Origin: Thermoanaerobaculia bacterium
GTDB lineage: Bacteria > Acidobacteriota > Thermoanaerobaculia > Multivoradales > Multivoraceae
Reading direction: 5' to 3'
Length of the DNA stretch: 64,000 nucleotides
Assembly (NCBI GenBank): GCA_963664405.1
Contig: OY761158.1
Span: 3,776,001 to 3,840,000 of the forward strand
Positions 39,172-50,844 of this stretch are shown here, piece by piece. The notes under the pieces were generated by a model. It was not told the DNA's origin and ran no database searches. It was given only the letters and a program-made list of their open reading frames with translations. Made by a program: the position numbers and the translations under genes. The number at the start of each line of letters is the position of its first letter. Positions within the stretch are counted from its first letter, which is position 1.

Positions 39172-40619
39172 TGGGTTCAAGGAGTCGTCGCAGCGTTGCC
39201 TTGGTGAGCAGAGTGTACAAGCTCATCGAAGACTTCGGCAGGGGTTCTCCAGCCGAGGGTCTTGCGGGGTCGGCCGTTGAGTGCGAGCGCGACCGCGGCG
39301 AGGTCGTCGCAGGAGTATCTGACAAGGTCGGTGCCCTTCGGGAAGTACTGGCGTAGTAGTCCGTTGGTGTTCTCGTTGGTGCCCCGCTGCCAGGGGCTGT
39401 GCGGGTCGCAGAAGTAGATCGCGAGGCCGGTATCGACGCGGAGTTGAGCGTGTTGAGCCATCTCGGCGCCCTGGTCCCAGGTCAAGGACCGGCGGAGCTG
39501 CTCGGGCAGCGTGGTGATTGACACCGCGATCGCGTCACGGACGGCTTCGGCGCCGTGCCCGGCGAGGGCCGGCCCGTTCTTCACCCTCGATTCGGTCCCG
39601 TGCCCTTCCATGCGGGGCAGGTGCAGCAGCATCGTGAACCGCGTAGTGCGTTCGACGAGGGTCCCGATCGCTGAGCTCTCGAGCCCGACGATCAGGTCGC
39701 CTTCCCAGTGACCCGGCACGGCCCTGTCGCCGGCTTCGGCGGGGCGTTCGCTGATCATGATCTCCGGAGTTACAAATTTCTTGCCTCTCCCCCGGGTTCG
39801 CGCATGCGGCACTCGTAGCGCTCGCCCGGTTCGCAGGCACGCGACGAGCTCGCGTTTGAGGGCTCCTCGACCTTGGATGTAGAGCGCTTGGTAGATCGCC
39901 TCGTGAGAGATCCGCATCGACTCATTATGGGGGAAATCAATCCGAAGCCGGTTCGAGATCTGCTCCGGACTCCAGGATTTCGCCCAACGCCGATCCTGGC
40001 GACGGCCGTGCCGACGGCCGATCCAACGCACATCCGGACCCGGCACCAGCTCCCCGTCAGGCCTTGCGATCACGCCGGCGAGGCGGTTCTGCACGTACTC
40101 ACGCAAGGCATCGTTCGCGGCAAGCTTGGAGACCTTCGGACGGCTGGCGCGCCGCTCCGCGTGCCACTGCGCAGTCGTGGCCCGATAAGTTACGGCACGG
40201 CTGCGAGTCGCCGCGTTGCGGCGCAGCTCCCGCGAAATCGTCGACGGTGAACGACCCAGGCGGCGAGCGATCTCACGTACCCCAACATGCTGAGCGTGAA
40301 GGATGGCGATCTCTTCACGCTCGGCGAACGACAGATAACGCCCCGACACCGGAGCCAACGAGATAGGTCGCATTCCACCAGCTTGCCTGAACCATCTCGA
40401 CCCGACAGCCGGCGACACCCCAGCCTCTGTTGCGGCGTCCTCGCTGGACGCCCCACGAGCGATCGTCTCCCAGAACCGGATCCGGTCCTCGCGCCGCGCT
40501 GTCGAGGGCCGGCCAGGTGACCGCATCTGGCCACGCATCGCTCGAATCGCACCCTGACACTTGCCAACTCCCATCGAAACACCTCCATCACGAGATGTTG
40601 CGACGACCAGTTGAATCCG
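39172..40619 (-). mobile_element. IS30-family insertion sequence
   Basis: IRs GG(G/A)TTCAA...GTCGTCGCA bracket the transposase. Confidence 0.9.
39177..40574 (-). CDS. IS30-family transposase
   Basis: RSPSTISRELRRN, WSPEQIS, ISHEAIYQ, GHWEGDLI, SLTWDQGAEM, PWQRGTNENTNGLLRQYFPKG. Confidence 0.96.
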   Translation of the reverse strand: MGVGKCQGAIRAMRGQMRSPGRPSTARREDRIRFWETIARGASSEDAATEAGVSPAVGSRWFRQAGGMRPISLAPVSGRYLSFAEREEIAILHAQHVGVREIARRLGRSPSTISRELRRNAATRSRAVTYRATTAQWHAERRASRPKVSKLAANDALREYVQNRLAGVIARPDGELVPGPDVRWIGRRHGRRQDRRWAKSWSPEQISNRLRIDFPHNESMRISHEAIYQALYIQGRGALKRELVACLRTGRALRVPHARTRGRGKKFVTPEIMISERPAEAGDRAVPGHWEGDLIVGLESSAIGTLVERTTRFTMLLHLPRMEGHGTESRVKNGPALAGHGAEAVRDAIAVSITTLPEQLRRSLTWDQGAEMAQHAQLRVDTGLAIYFCDPHSPWQRGTNENTNGLLRQYFPKGTDLVRYSCDDLAAVALALNGRPRKTLGWRTPAEVFDELVHSAHQGNAATTP

Positions 40620-40821
40620 CCCAATACACTTGCGAGGACTACCGGGATCGTCTGGCCGAGCTCGGCATGACCGCGAGCATGAGCCGCAAAGGCAACTGCT
40701 TTGACAACGCGGTCGTCGAAAGCTTCTTCGATTCGCTCAAGACCGAGATCGACCAGCAGGTGTTCGAAAGTCGCGAGCAAGCGCGCCAAAGGGTGTTTGA
40801 CTACATCGAGATTTTCTACAA
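40620..40821 (+). pseudogene. IS3 orfB internal fragment (QYT...IEIFY)
   Basis: QYTCEDY..SMSRKGNCFDNAVVESFFDSLKTE..DYIEIFY; continues at 43449. Confidence 0.88.
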
Positions 40822-40846
40822 GTGGGATTCACAATGCTTCACCTCA

Positions 40847-42937
40847 CTATGTGCTTGATATGTGGAGAGTTAGCTGATCGACATCACGTCCTGCGGGGTC
40901 AGTTCGGCTTCCGAGGCCCTCTCGAAACCGCCGCTGGAGGGTCGGATTGTCCAGGTCGCTGCAGTTAAAGACCCATGGACCGTCCTTGAGCGGGTGTTTC
41001 GCCGGTACATCGCCCCGCTCGGCAGCCCGTCGTAGCGTCTTCGCGGCGACACCGAGATGGGCTGCCGCGGCGGTCAGATTCATCCATCCTTCGGCCTGGC
41101 GTATCGCGGACGAGTACACCGGTATGCCACGGTTGTTGCGCAAGGAGGTCACGGCCAGGGCAGACCATCGATTCCCGCGTGCGGTGAGAAGGCCGTTGCG
41201 GGTGAGGTAGCCGGCGATCAAACGGTCCTTGCAGATGCGAGCCAGCTCGCGGATCGCATCGACCACGTCGGGACTCGTGTGCGATGCGCTCTGGCCCCTG
41301 CGGCGCCGTGGGATACGCAGCTCGCTGTGCAGCCCTCCCTTCCAATGAATGGCGAGGGTGACCTCACTCTGCACAGCGTCGATGTCGACGACAATCTCTT
41401 CGATCAAAGCTCGGAGGACGCGCTTCTTGAGACGCGGGTCCGTTTCCGGCGCATTCCACATCCGGTCGAGGTCGAGCTCGAGATCTGCCAAATCGAGGGG
41501 GTCCGGTGCCCTCGATTTCTCGCCCGAGGGTCCCTGCTCGAGCTTTCGCTCCAGCTCGCGTACCTTCTGCAAGGCCTCGTCCCAGCGCCGCTCCAACTCG
41601 CCCGCAACGAGACGATTATCGGGATCCATCGCGTCGTAGCGACGACGGGCCAGCTCCGCCGCGTAGTGGGCTGCTTCCAACTCCATGGACAGAGCTTGGA
41701 TCCGCTCCTGGCGTCGAAGTGCCTCTTGCGAAACCGCGAGCCTCGCAGCCTCGACCGCGCAGGGTCGCACCACCTTGAGAATCTCTTCCGCAACGGCTTG
41801 GTCCACCGACAGCCCGCCAAAGGAGATGCATTTCGGAGCCATCTGGTCGAGTCGGGCGCGATGGCACAGGTACCGAGGGACCGCGGCATTCTTACCCGAG
41901 TAACCAACCATCAACTTGCGACCGCAACGACCGCAACGCAAGAGTCCTGCAAGCAATGCAGCTCCCCGTTTCGGCGCCCCACGACGGCGAGCTGACTGGA
42001 ATTGAGCGACATTGTCATCGAGCATCTGTTGGACCTTCTGAAACCGATCCCACCCAATGTAGCCCTCGTGATGATCGGGGATCAACACCGTCCACTCGTC
42101 AAGGGGCTTGCGCACGACCCTTTTGCGCAGGGATCCATCGACGAGCTCGGTCTTGGACGTCGTACGGCCGTAGGCGTAGGCACCGGCGTAGGTCGGCTCT
42201 TTCAGGATGCCGATAACGGCGTGATAGGCCGGCCGCTTCCACCAGGTCTCCCAGCCCGCGACGCCGCGCCGTTTCGCGGGTAGATCCACACCGTTTTCGA
42301 GAAACCACAGCCCGGCCTGCCGAGCGGTCCCCAACTCGAAGAACTTCGTGAAGACTAGCTCGATGGCCTTCTGCACGCGAAGGTCAGGGTCCTTCTCCAG
42401 GCGTTGATCCGCGGTCTTCACGAAACCCACTGGGGCCTCGATCACCAACTCGCCGCGCTTGGCCTTGGCCCACCGAGCCTCCACCGAGCGTTGGCGCAGA
42501 AGATCCAGCTCGTACTCGCTCATCGTGCCTTTCAGACCCAGCAGCAATCGATCGTTCGCTCGACGAGGATCGTAGATCGTGTCGTGATCGATGAGCAACG
42601 TTTCGACCATGGCGCACATCTCGATCAACTGATGCCAGTCGCGGTTATTGCGTGCGAAACGGGACACCTCGATCGCCGCTACGGCACCGATCCGCCCTAG
42701 ACAAACCTCGGCCACCAAGCGCTGAAACCCGGTGCGACCGTGTGTCGATGTCGCGGAAAGCCCTTGATCCTCATCAATGACCTCGGTCTCTTGCCAGCCC
42801 AGGTCCCGTACGCGCTGCTCCATCGAGTACTGCAGACGCCGGCTCTCGGTGTTGTGCACTAGCTGGTGGTGCGACGACTGGCGCACATAGATCAGCGCCC
42901 GACGCTCGAGATGTCGAACCGTGAGCTTCTCACTCAT
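40847..42937 (-). CDS. large serine recombinase (resolvase + recombinase + Zn-ribbon + C-terminal HTH)
   Basis: IYVRQSS catalytic Ser, EVSRFARN, LLRCGRCGRKL / YLC...KC zinc ribbon, coiled coil, terminal MNLTAAAAHLGVAAKTLRR HTH. Confidence 0.95.
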   Translation of the reverse strand: MSEKLTVRHLERRALIYVRQSSHHQLVHNTESRRLQYSMEQRVRDLGWQETEVIDEDQGLSATSTHGRTGFQRLVAEVCLGRIGAVAAIEVSRFARNNRDWHQLIEMCAMVETLLIDHDTIYDPRRANDRLLLGLKGTMSEYELDLLRQRSVEARWAKAKRGELVIEAPVGFVKTADQRLEKDPDLRVQKAIELVFTKFFELGTARQAGLWFLENGVDLPAKRRGVAGWETWWKRPAYHAVIGILKEPTYAGAYAYGRTTSKTELVDGSLRKRVVRKPLDEWTVLIPDHHEGYIGWDRFQKVQQMLDDNVAQFQSARRRGAPKRGAALLAGLLRCGRCGRKLMVGYSGKNAAVPRYLCHRARLDQMAPKCISFGGLSVDQAVAEEILKVVRPCAVEAARLAVSQEALRRQERIQALSMELEAAHYAAELARRRYDAMDPDNRLVAGELERRWDEALQKVRELERKLEQGPSGEKSRAPDPLDLADLELDLDRMWNAPETDPRLKKRVLRALIEEIVVDIDAVQSEVTLAIHWKGGLHSELRIPRRRRGQSASHTSPDVVDAIRELARICKDRLIAGYLTRNGLLTARGNRWSALAVTSLRNNRGIPVYSSAIRQAEGWMNLTAAAAHLGVAAKTLRRAAERGDVPAKHPLKDGPWVFNCSDLDNPTLQRRFREGLGSRTDPAGRDVDQLTLHISST

Positions 42938-43118
42938 GCTTCCCCTCCTTTGCGAGGCTCGGCGATGACGGTGGGCTCTGCTCTGTCAGGATCTGCGCCA
43001 GCAGAGAGATCACCGCTTCGCGAGTCGTCGCGGGCAGCTCTCGCCAGCTCGGCCGATCGGTCTCGGTCGCGAAGAGCTCGGCTTGGTAGGTAACCCGTTG
43101 GGCGCGTCGATGTCGCAT
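42930..43118 (-). CDS. small hypothetical protein upstream of the recombinase
   Basis: 62 aa, Q.ELF...PSWRELP..TREAV..LLAQIL; overlaps recombinase start and carries its RBS (AAGGAGG). Confidence 0.7.
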   Translation of the reverse strand: MRHRRAQRVTYQAELFATETDRPSWRELPATTREAVISLLAQILTEQSPPSSPSLAKEGKHE

Positions 43119-43407
43119 CGTTTCCCTCCGTAGTCGGTGGAAGACGATTCTCTATCGCGCCCGGACCCTCCTGCTGACGGGTGTCTCTGAGTAATTGCCA
43201 ACAATCGACAAGCGCTTCCCAACGTACGTTGGGCGAAGTCGTTGCCTGCATCCGAGAGCACAGCTCCCGATCAAACATCCATTTGGGAATCTCGAGCTTC
43301 GCGCGCGTCTCGTCATCGTTGACTTGACATCGATAGACCCCGCCGCCCTTCTTCTTGCCGTGGACAACGACTTCCTGCCCGTATTGCGGGTGCCAGCGGT
43401 ACTGCAC
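42934..43407 (-). CDS. small hypothetical protein of the recombinase element
   Basis: YRWHPQYG..V.V, EIPKWMFD..LC motif; 3' part overlaps the 62-aa ORF so true end is uncertain. Confidence 0.6.
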   Translation of the reverse strand: MQYRWHPQYGQEVVVHGKKKGGGVYRCQVNDDETRAKLEIPKWMFDRELCSRMQATTSPNVRWEALVDCWQLLRDTRQQEGPGAIENRLPPTTEGNDATSTRPTGYLPSRALRDRDRSAELARAARDDSRSGDLSAGADPDRAEPTVIAEPRKGGEA

Positions 43408-43448
43408 CCGACGAATCTCGGTCCTGTGATCACTGTGATCGGGACTTG

Positions 43449-43645
43449 TACAATCGGTCCCGGCGCCATTCGACGTTGGGATATGTCAGCCCCGCGACCT
43501 TCGAGCAGCAGCTCCAGGAGGCCGCGTGAGAATGAGGGACCAGCTCCCTCGCCGGCTATCGCCGGCTCACTACGCTGGTCCCTCCTCTACTTTTCTGCCA
43601 CCATGGGTGGCTAAACCAGGTGTCCATCAAACCCGGGCAGGTCCA
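43449..43645 (+). mobile_element. IS3 3' end (YNRSRRHSTLGYVSPATFEQQLQEAA* plus right IR)
   Basis: translation of the fragment; terminal ggtgtccatcaaacccgggcaggtcCA. Confidence 0.85.
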
Positions 43646-43876
43646 CTGTCTACTCTGGGTGATGTATCGGCCGATGAGACTGGTCGCCACTGTCCCCAAG
43701 ACTGTCCCTGAGAGGGGAGAGACAGCCCGAAATCTCGTAATCCTCGTAACGGGTCTAAGCCCTCTATTCAATACCAGATCCACGCAAACCCCTTTGCTTG
43801 CAGGGCGAGCGGATTTGTCCCTGTGCCGAAGTGGCGCGTCTCTCCCGAAGTGGGTGGTACCTATTCGGGGGGGTAC

Positions 43877-45648
<1,772 letters not shown>

Positions 45649-45652
<4 letters not shown>

Positions 45653-46353
45653 CGTCTGTCGGAAGGCGTGTCCGAGAGACGGAAGCGATAGCCCACACCG
45701 ATCACGGTCTCGATGCGATCCGCCTCGTCTCCCAATTTCTTGCGCAGTCGCCGGATGTGGGTGTCGACGGTTCTGCTGTCGACATCGTGCGAGTAGCCCC
45801 ATACATCGGAGAGCAGAGTCTCACGGGTCTGCACCGCACGGTGCCGCTCCATCAGGATCTGCAACAGCTTGAACTCGGTTGCGGTCAGCGGCGTCTCTAC
45901 ACCTCCCACGGTCAGATGGTGGCTGCTGGTATCGAGATGGATCCCGCCGGCTTCGAGGAAATCTGCCAGCTGAGGGGGCGGCTCGGCGCGCCGCAGGATC
46001 GCCTTGACTCGGAGTACGACTTCTCTGGGACTGAACGGCTTCTGTATGTAATCGTCCGCCCCCAGCTCGAGACCGACGATGCGGTCGATCTCCTCGCTCT
46101 TGGCGGTGAGGACGACGATCGGAATCGATGCGGTCTCCGGCTCGCGGCGCAGGGCGCGGAGCACGTCGAGCCCGTCGATGCCCGGCAGCATGAGATCGAG
46201 CAGGATCAAGTCGGGCTTCTGCTCCCGCACTGCCCTGAGACCCTCGTCGCCCCGTTCTTCAACCGACGGTTTGAAGCCTTCTTGAAGGAGGTTGTACTCG
46301 AGAACCTCGGCGATCGCGGCCTCATCCTCGATGATCAGAATCTTGGCGCTCAT
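45649..46353 (-). CDS. phoB: PhoB/OmpR-family response regulator
   Basis: LLDLMLPG, GLELGADDYIQKPFSPRE, LTATEFKLL, SRTVDTHIRRLRKKLG, IETVIGVGY. Confidence 0.85.
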
Positions 46354-46452
46354 AGATTTCGAGTAGCTTCTACCAAGGCCTCCCGATTATTTCAGAGGTC
46401 ACTCTGTGACAGAGCGTCTCCGTGGCCCAAGCTTGGGAGCCGAGGCCTATAG

Positions 46453-46619
46453 ATCGCCAACGCCAGCCGCAAGATGAAGGGCGCAGAGCTCGAGCAGGCG
46501 GGAGCGAATGGGGTCCACCCCAAAGAGCTCGTGGTCGGCTTCGATGCCCTCGCGGTTTTCTCCACCCGGAGAACCCGATCGGCGAGATGACGATCGCCGA
46601 CCTTGCGGAGATCCACTGA
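46453..46619 (+). pseudogene. pstS: pstS-like phosphate-binding protein internal fragment
   Basis: IANASRKMK..E.......E..VGFDALAVF/LHPENPI..MTIADLAEI with one frameshift; divergent from phoB. Confidence 0.7.
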
Positions 46620-46767
46620 GATGTCAGATGTTCGTCACTCCTGAGACTCAGGAGACCGCGGACTACATCGAAGGGCGCTACGGTCGATTCCGACCAGGTC
46701 TGCGAGCCATGAGCGGAGCTCGCAGGCTATGATGGCGCGTCGCTACCGACCTTCGAAAGGAGTCTGG

Positions 46768-48163
46768 ATGTCCGAGACCGCCGAGCAGGCCTCGCCTGAG
46801 GTAGAGCGAGAGTCGCTTTACCCGGCACCGGCCTACGCCTGGTACTGCGTCTTCATCTTGATGGGGATCTATCTGAATTCCTTTCTCGATCGGCAGATCC
46901 TCGGCCTCCTCGTCGACCCGATCAAGGCCGACATGAACATCTCGGACACCCAGATGGGTTTCCTGATGGGCCCCTCGTTTGCGATCTTCTACATCATTGC
47001 CGGCCTACCGATCGGCTGGCTCGCGGATCGGATGAGCAGGCGCTTCCTGATCGCCATTGGCCAGTTCTTCTGGTCGCTTGCCTCGATCAGTTTCGGATTG
47101 GGGCGGACCTACGCTCAGCTTTTAGGGTCGCGCGTGGCCGTCGGCGTCGGCGAAGCGTCGCTCTCGCCTTCGGCCTACTCGCTGATTACCGACCTCTTCC
47201 CGCCCAAGCGCTTGTCAACGGCTCTGAGTGTCTACGGTATGGGGATCTTCCTGGGTGGCGGTCTCGCCAAATCTGGCGGGCGGCTATGTCCTCGACTTCA
47301 CCGGAACCGGCGCGATTTACGATCTGCCGCTGGTCGGTGAGCGCAAATCTTGGCAGATGGTCTTTTTCTTCATCGCCGCGCCCACTATTCCGCTCACCCT
47401 CTTGCTCCTGTCCATGCGCGAGCCGATTCGCAAGGGAGTGCGCAAGGTAGTGGGAGAGGACGGCACGGCGCGCGCGGTCAAGGTGCCGATCTCGGCGTTC
47501 TTTCGCTACGCGCGTCGCAACGCCAAGACCGTTCTGACCCACAACATCGGCTTTGCCTGGCTCTCCTTCGCCGGCTACGGCGCCGCCGCCTGGGCGCCGT
47601 CGCTGTTTATCCGTGTCCACGGCTGGGAGCCCGCCTTCACCGGGAAGATGCTAGGTGTCATCGGTATCACCGTCGGTCCCATCGGGATCCTGACCGGTGG
47701 CTGGCTCGGCGACAAGCTAGGGGAGCGCGGCTACCGTGACGGCAAGATCCGCGTCGGTCTGTTCGCAGCTTGCGCTGCCCTGCCCGTGGTCGTTGCCTAC
47801 CCACTGGTAACGAACGCGAATCTAGGAATCGTGCTCTACGCAGTCGCCGCCTTCTTCTCGGCAATGCCGTGGGGGGTTGCGCCGGCGGCGATTCAGGAGA
47901 TGATGCCGAATCAGATGCGCGGGCAGGCGTCGGCTGTGTATCTGTTCATCGTCAATCTTCTCGGCTTGGCCCTTGGCCCGCAGATACTGGCGATCTTCAC
48001 CGACTACGTCTTCAAGGACGAGATGATGGTGCACTACTCGCTGGCATCGACCGCGTTTCTAGCGAAGCTCCTCTCCGTGGTCCTCTTGGCGATCTGTCTA
48101 CGCCACTATACGAAGAGCTTGGATCGACTCGAGACCTGGTCCGAGGATCTAGATCCCGATTGA
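46768..48163 (+). pseudogene. MFS transporter (spinster-like), frameshifted near 47270
   Basis: SFLDRQILGLLV.PIKAD, GWLADRMSRR, RVAVGVGEA; extra A in gccAaatctg splits two ORFs (could be a sequencing error). Confidence 0.85.
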
Positions 48164-48184
48164 TCGAGCTCTGACGCCCTCAGG

Positions 48185-49456
48185 CTACTCCGGTATCGGC
48201 TCTTCGAGGCGGGCCAGAACCCAATCGTAGATCAGCCGGTTGAAATCTTCGCCGTCGCGATCGCGGTCGCCGCCGACGATCGAGATCGAGAACTTGGTGA
48301 TTCCGTGGAGCGCACATTCCTTGAATTCGGGGTTCTTGGAGATGTTTGCCGGCCGGTCGACGCACACCTTGTGGGAGACGCTGGCTCCGCCGGGGTTGTT
48401 CTTCTCCAGCGCGGCGGCGAAGGCGTGGTGCATGATCCACTGGCCCTGACCCGTTATCGTGCCACCGTCCCGGGTCGGGATGGTGTAGACCTCTTCACCA
48501 CAGACCGAGTGCTCGTTGCGACTCCATACCTCGAAGATCGGGGTCGAGACCTGTCCGGCGGAAACGAGCTGGTCCGGCATGTTCTCCGGGAGTGCGTAGT
48601 GGCCGATGCGCTCGAAAGCGCCGCGCAGGTCGAGGTCGCCGAACTCCGTACATCCGTGGTCCCCAAGTGCGGGGAAGTGCTCGCTGGTGGTCCCGGTGTC
48701 CGGGATCACACCGCTGAGGCGCCGGTTCTCGGCCCCCAGCGCCAAGGCGAGGGTGGTGACCCCGATGCCGCCTGCGCTCGTGCCTTGGGCGAAGATGTGG
48801 GTCGTCGAGTAGTTCGCACGCGTGTAGGCGAGTGCCTCGCGCACGGCCAGGAGTCCGTCGACCAAGCGGGGACGGCCGTCCTCCGAGGGGTATTGATTGA
48901 GATGATCGACAGCTCCGATGCCCGAATACAGATCGTTGTCGCAGCCTGACGGCATCATCAGCCGGAACGAAGCTGGGTGCCCACCGATCATCTTCATGAG
49001 GCCGGTCTCTTCGAGCAGCACTGTGAGCTGTCTGCGCTCTTCCTGAATATTGGTCATCTTCCCAGTGGCAAACTCACCGTCGGGAAGGAACCAGCCGACG
49101 CCGCCGCCGTGGAAGCGCATCCAGAGAGGCGCCTCCTGGGTGGTCGCGAGTCCTGGCCGGGAGGAGACGAGAAAGGTGTGGTAGCCCGACTGGCTACAGC
49201 TGCGACGATGATTGCGGTAGAGGTCGAGACGCCAGCCGTCTTTGTCCCAGCTCTCCACGAGCTCGATCTCGCCGGTGTCCAGGCTCTTCAAGTCGTCGGC
49301 ACCGCTCGGGGTGCGATCCGCATTGGGCGGCGCGGCCGCCGCCGCTCCGACCATGACCGGCAAGAGAATGGCCAATACCGCAGGGACAGGGACCGAAAAG
49401 AGTCGCCGCGAGCGTCCGGGCATGTCTGTCCTCCTCGGTTTCGAGAGGCTCATCAT
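48185..49456 (-). CDS. secreted alpha/beta-hydrolase-like protein
   Basis: signal peptide, FHGGG oxyanion motif, GTSAGG nucleophile elbow. Confidence 0.7.
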   Translation of the reverse strand: MMSLSKPRRTDMPGRSRRLFSVPVPAVLAILLPVMVGAAAAAPPNADRTPSGADDLKSLDTGEIELVESWDKDGWRLDLYRNHRRSCSQSGYHTFLVSSRPGLATTQEAPLWMRFHGGGVGWFLPDGEFATGKMTNIQEERRQLTVLLEETGLMKMIGGHPASFRLMMPSGCDNDLYSGIGAVDHLNQYPSEDGRPRLVDGLLAVREALAYTRANYSTTHIFAQGTSAGGIGVTTLALALGAENRRLSGVIPDTGTTSEHFPALGDHGCTEFGDLDLRGAFERIGHYALPENMPDQLVSAGQVSTPIFEVWSRNEHSVCGEEVYTIPTRDGGTITGQGQWIMHHAFAAALEKNNPGGASVSHKVCVDRPANISKNPEFKECALHGITKFSISIVGGDRDRDGEDFNRLIYDWVLARLEEPIPE

Positions 49457-49575
49457 ACTCCTGACGATTAGCTGACGGTTGTTTTCTATCCTCTGGCTAC
49501 TCTCCTAACCCTAGAGTCGGACCGGGGCCTCGGATCGACAGGGGGGGATCCGTGGCCCCGATATTCCGTTCCATC

Positions 49576-49929
49576 TCATCTGGGCGAGTAGATCGAGAAC
49601 ACGTTCCCGTCGAGGTCGTAAAACGTCGCGTACATCTCGCTGGGGCCGAGCGCGGGAGCATGGACCACCACAGCACCTGCTTCTTCCAGCATTGCCGCTA
49701 CAGCCTCGACGTCGTCGACCCTGTAGGCGACCGCGACACGCCCCAGCGTCGCGTTCCCTTCGTCGCCGGCGCCGAGAGCGATGGTGATTCCGCCTCCATC
49801 GAGGGTGCAGAACCGATCTCCGTCGCGAGACTTGATCGGCAAGCCGAGTACCCCCTGGTAGAGCTCCAAGGCTCGATCGAGGTTCTTCACCGGATGCATG
49901 ACCATCCCCGCTCGCTCAACCTTGGCCAT
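49576..49929 (-). CDS. VOC/glyoxalase family protein
   Basis: PVKNLDRALELYQGVLG, VAYRVDDVE, FYDLDGN. Confidence 0.85.
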   Translation of the reverse strand: MAKVERAGMVMHPVKNLDRALELYQGVLGLPIKSRDGDRFCTLDGGGITIALGAGDEGNATLGRVAVAYRVDDVEAVAAMLEEAGAVVVHAPALGPSEMYATFYDLDGNVFSIYSPR

Positions 49930-49952
49930 TTCGCTCTCTCCGATCAAAAGAA

Positions 49953-50825
49953 TCAAGGGCGAGCACGAAGTACGAAGAGGTGAGAGAGGACGAGCGGCCA
50001 GCGCTCGCCGAAGATCCCGTGGCCTCCCCTTGCGACGACATCCGCAGCACGCTGAAGGACGCTCCGCAGACCTCCGTCTCGTCCCGAGGGCGCGGGGCGC
50101 ACCAACTCCACCGAGAGTCCGTTGCGCTCGGCTTGGAGGCGAAGCCCTTGCGGAGAGGTTAGACAGGTATGCCATGGAGGCGCCAGCATGCTGAACATCT
50201 CCGGCAGCGGCCTGCGCGGCCGCAGCGCGCTGAGCAGGCGCCCCACCAGGCGAGGAATCCCTGGTGTGGGAGAGAGAATGAGGATCGCACCGTCCTCCGG
50301 GTCCAACCTCGCGGCCATCTCCCGCAGCAGCTCTTCTTGATCCAGCAGGTGCTCATATACGGCGACAAGCACGAAGGTGCGAATGGCGCTCGGAAGGCTC
50401 ACTTCGTGGAGAAAGCCCGAGTGCACGTCGAGCCCCTTGGATCGTGCGTACTCAGCCATATCCGCCGACGGCTCGATTCCCTGGTAGGGAATCTCGCGCT
50501 TCACCAGCTCCGAGCCGAGGGACCCCCAGCCGGCTCCGATCTCGACCACGAATCGCGGGTCGTCAGGAGGATGGAGGCCGACGATGAGATCAGCCAGGGC
50601 ACGGTCCACGTTCGCACGCCTGCGGGCGTCCACCTCGGCATCGCCACACCAGTGGCCCGACTGGCGGTAGCCCTCTCGATACGCCTGCTCCAGTGCCTCG
50701 GGGCTTGGAAGAGTGGCAAGCTGGACCGTTCCACAACTCGAGCAGACGGCGTAGTCACCTCCCGGGCGAGTGCCCAGAGCTCGAACGGCCCCCGGACAGA
50801 CGAGACAGGATCCGACCACGTTCAC
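49953..50825 (-). CDS. class I SAM-dependent methyltransferase with N-terminal CxxC pairs
   Basis: CLVC..CSSC, VEIGAGWG, GIEPS, VYEHL, PPWH. Confidence 0.85.
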   Translation of the reverse strand: MNVVGSCLVCPGAVRALGTRPGGDYAVCSSCGTVQLATLPSPEALEQAYREGYRQSGHWCGDAEVDARRRANVDRALADLIVGLHPPDDPRFVVEIGAGWGSLGSELVKREIPYQGIEPSADMAEYARSKGLDVHSGFLHEVSLPSAIRTFVLVAVYEHLLDQEELLREMAARLDPEDGAILILSPTPGIPRLVGRLLSALRPRRPLPEMFSMLAPPWHTCLTSPQGLRLQAERNGLSVELVRPAPSGRDGGLRSVLQRAADVVARGGHGIFGERWPLVLSHLFVLRARP

Positions 50826-50844
50826 AACTTGGAGCTTGCTTGGA

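Larger units (their letters stand above)
40817..43453 (-). mobile_element. compact large-serine-recombinase element inserted in IS3 orfB
   Basis: TACAA duplicated at 40817-40821 and 43449-43453; removing the element restores IS3 FY-NRSRRHSTLGYVSP. Confidence 0.9.

Noticed and set aside
47255-47285. Programmed frameshift in the MFS gene (also mobC at ~20890)
   Set aside because: No slippery heptamer or stimulatory structure seen; a single-base indel from mutation or sequencing error is simpler.
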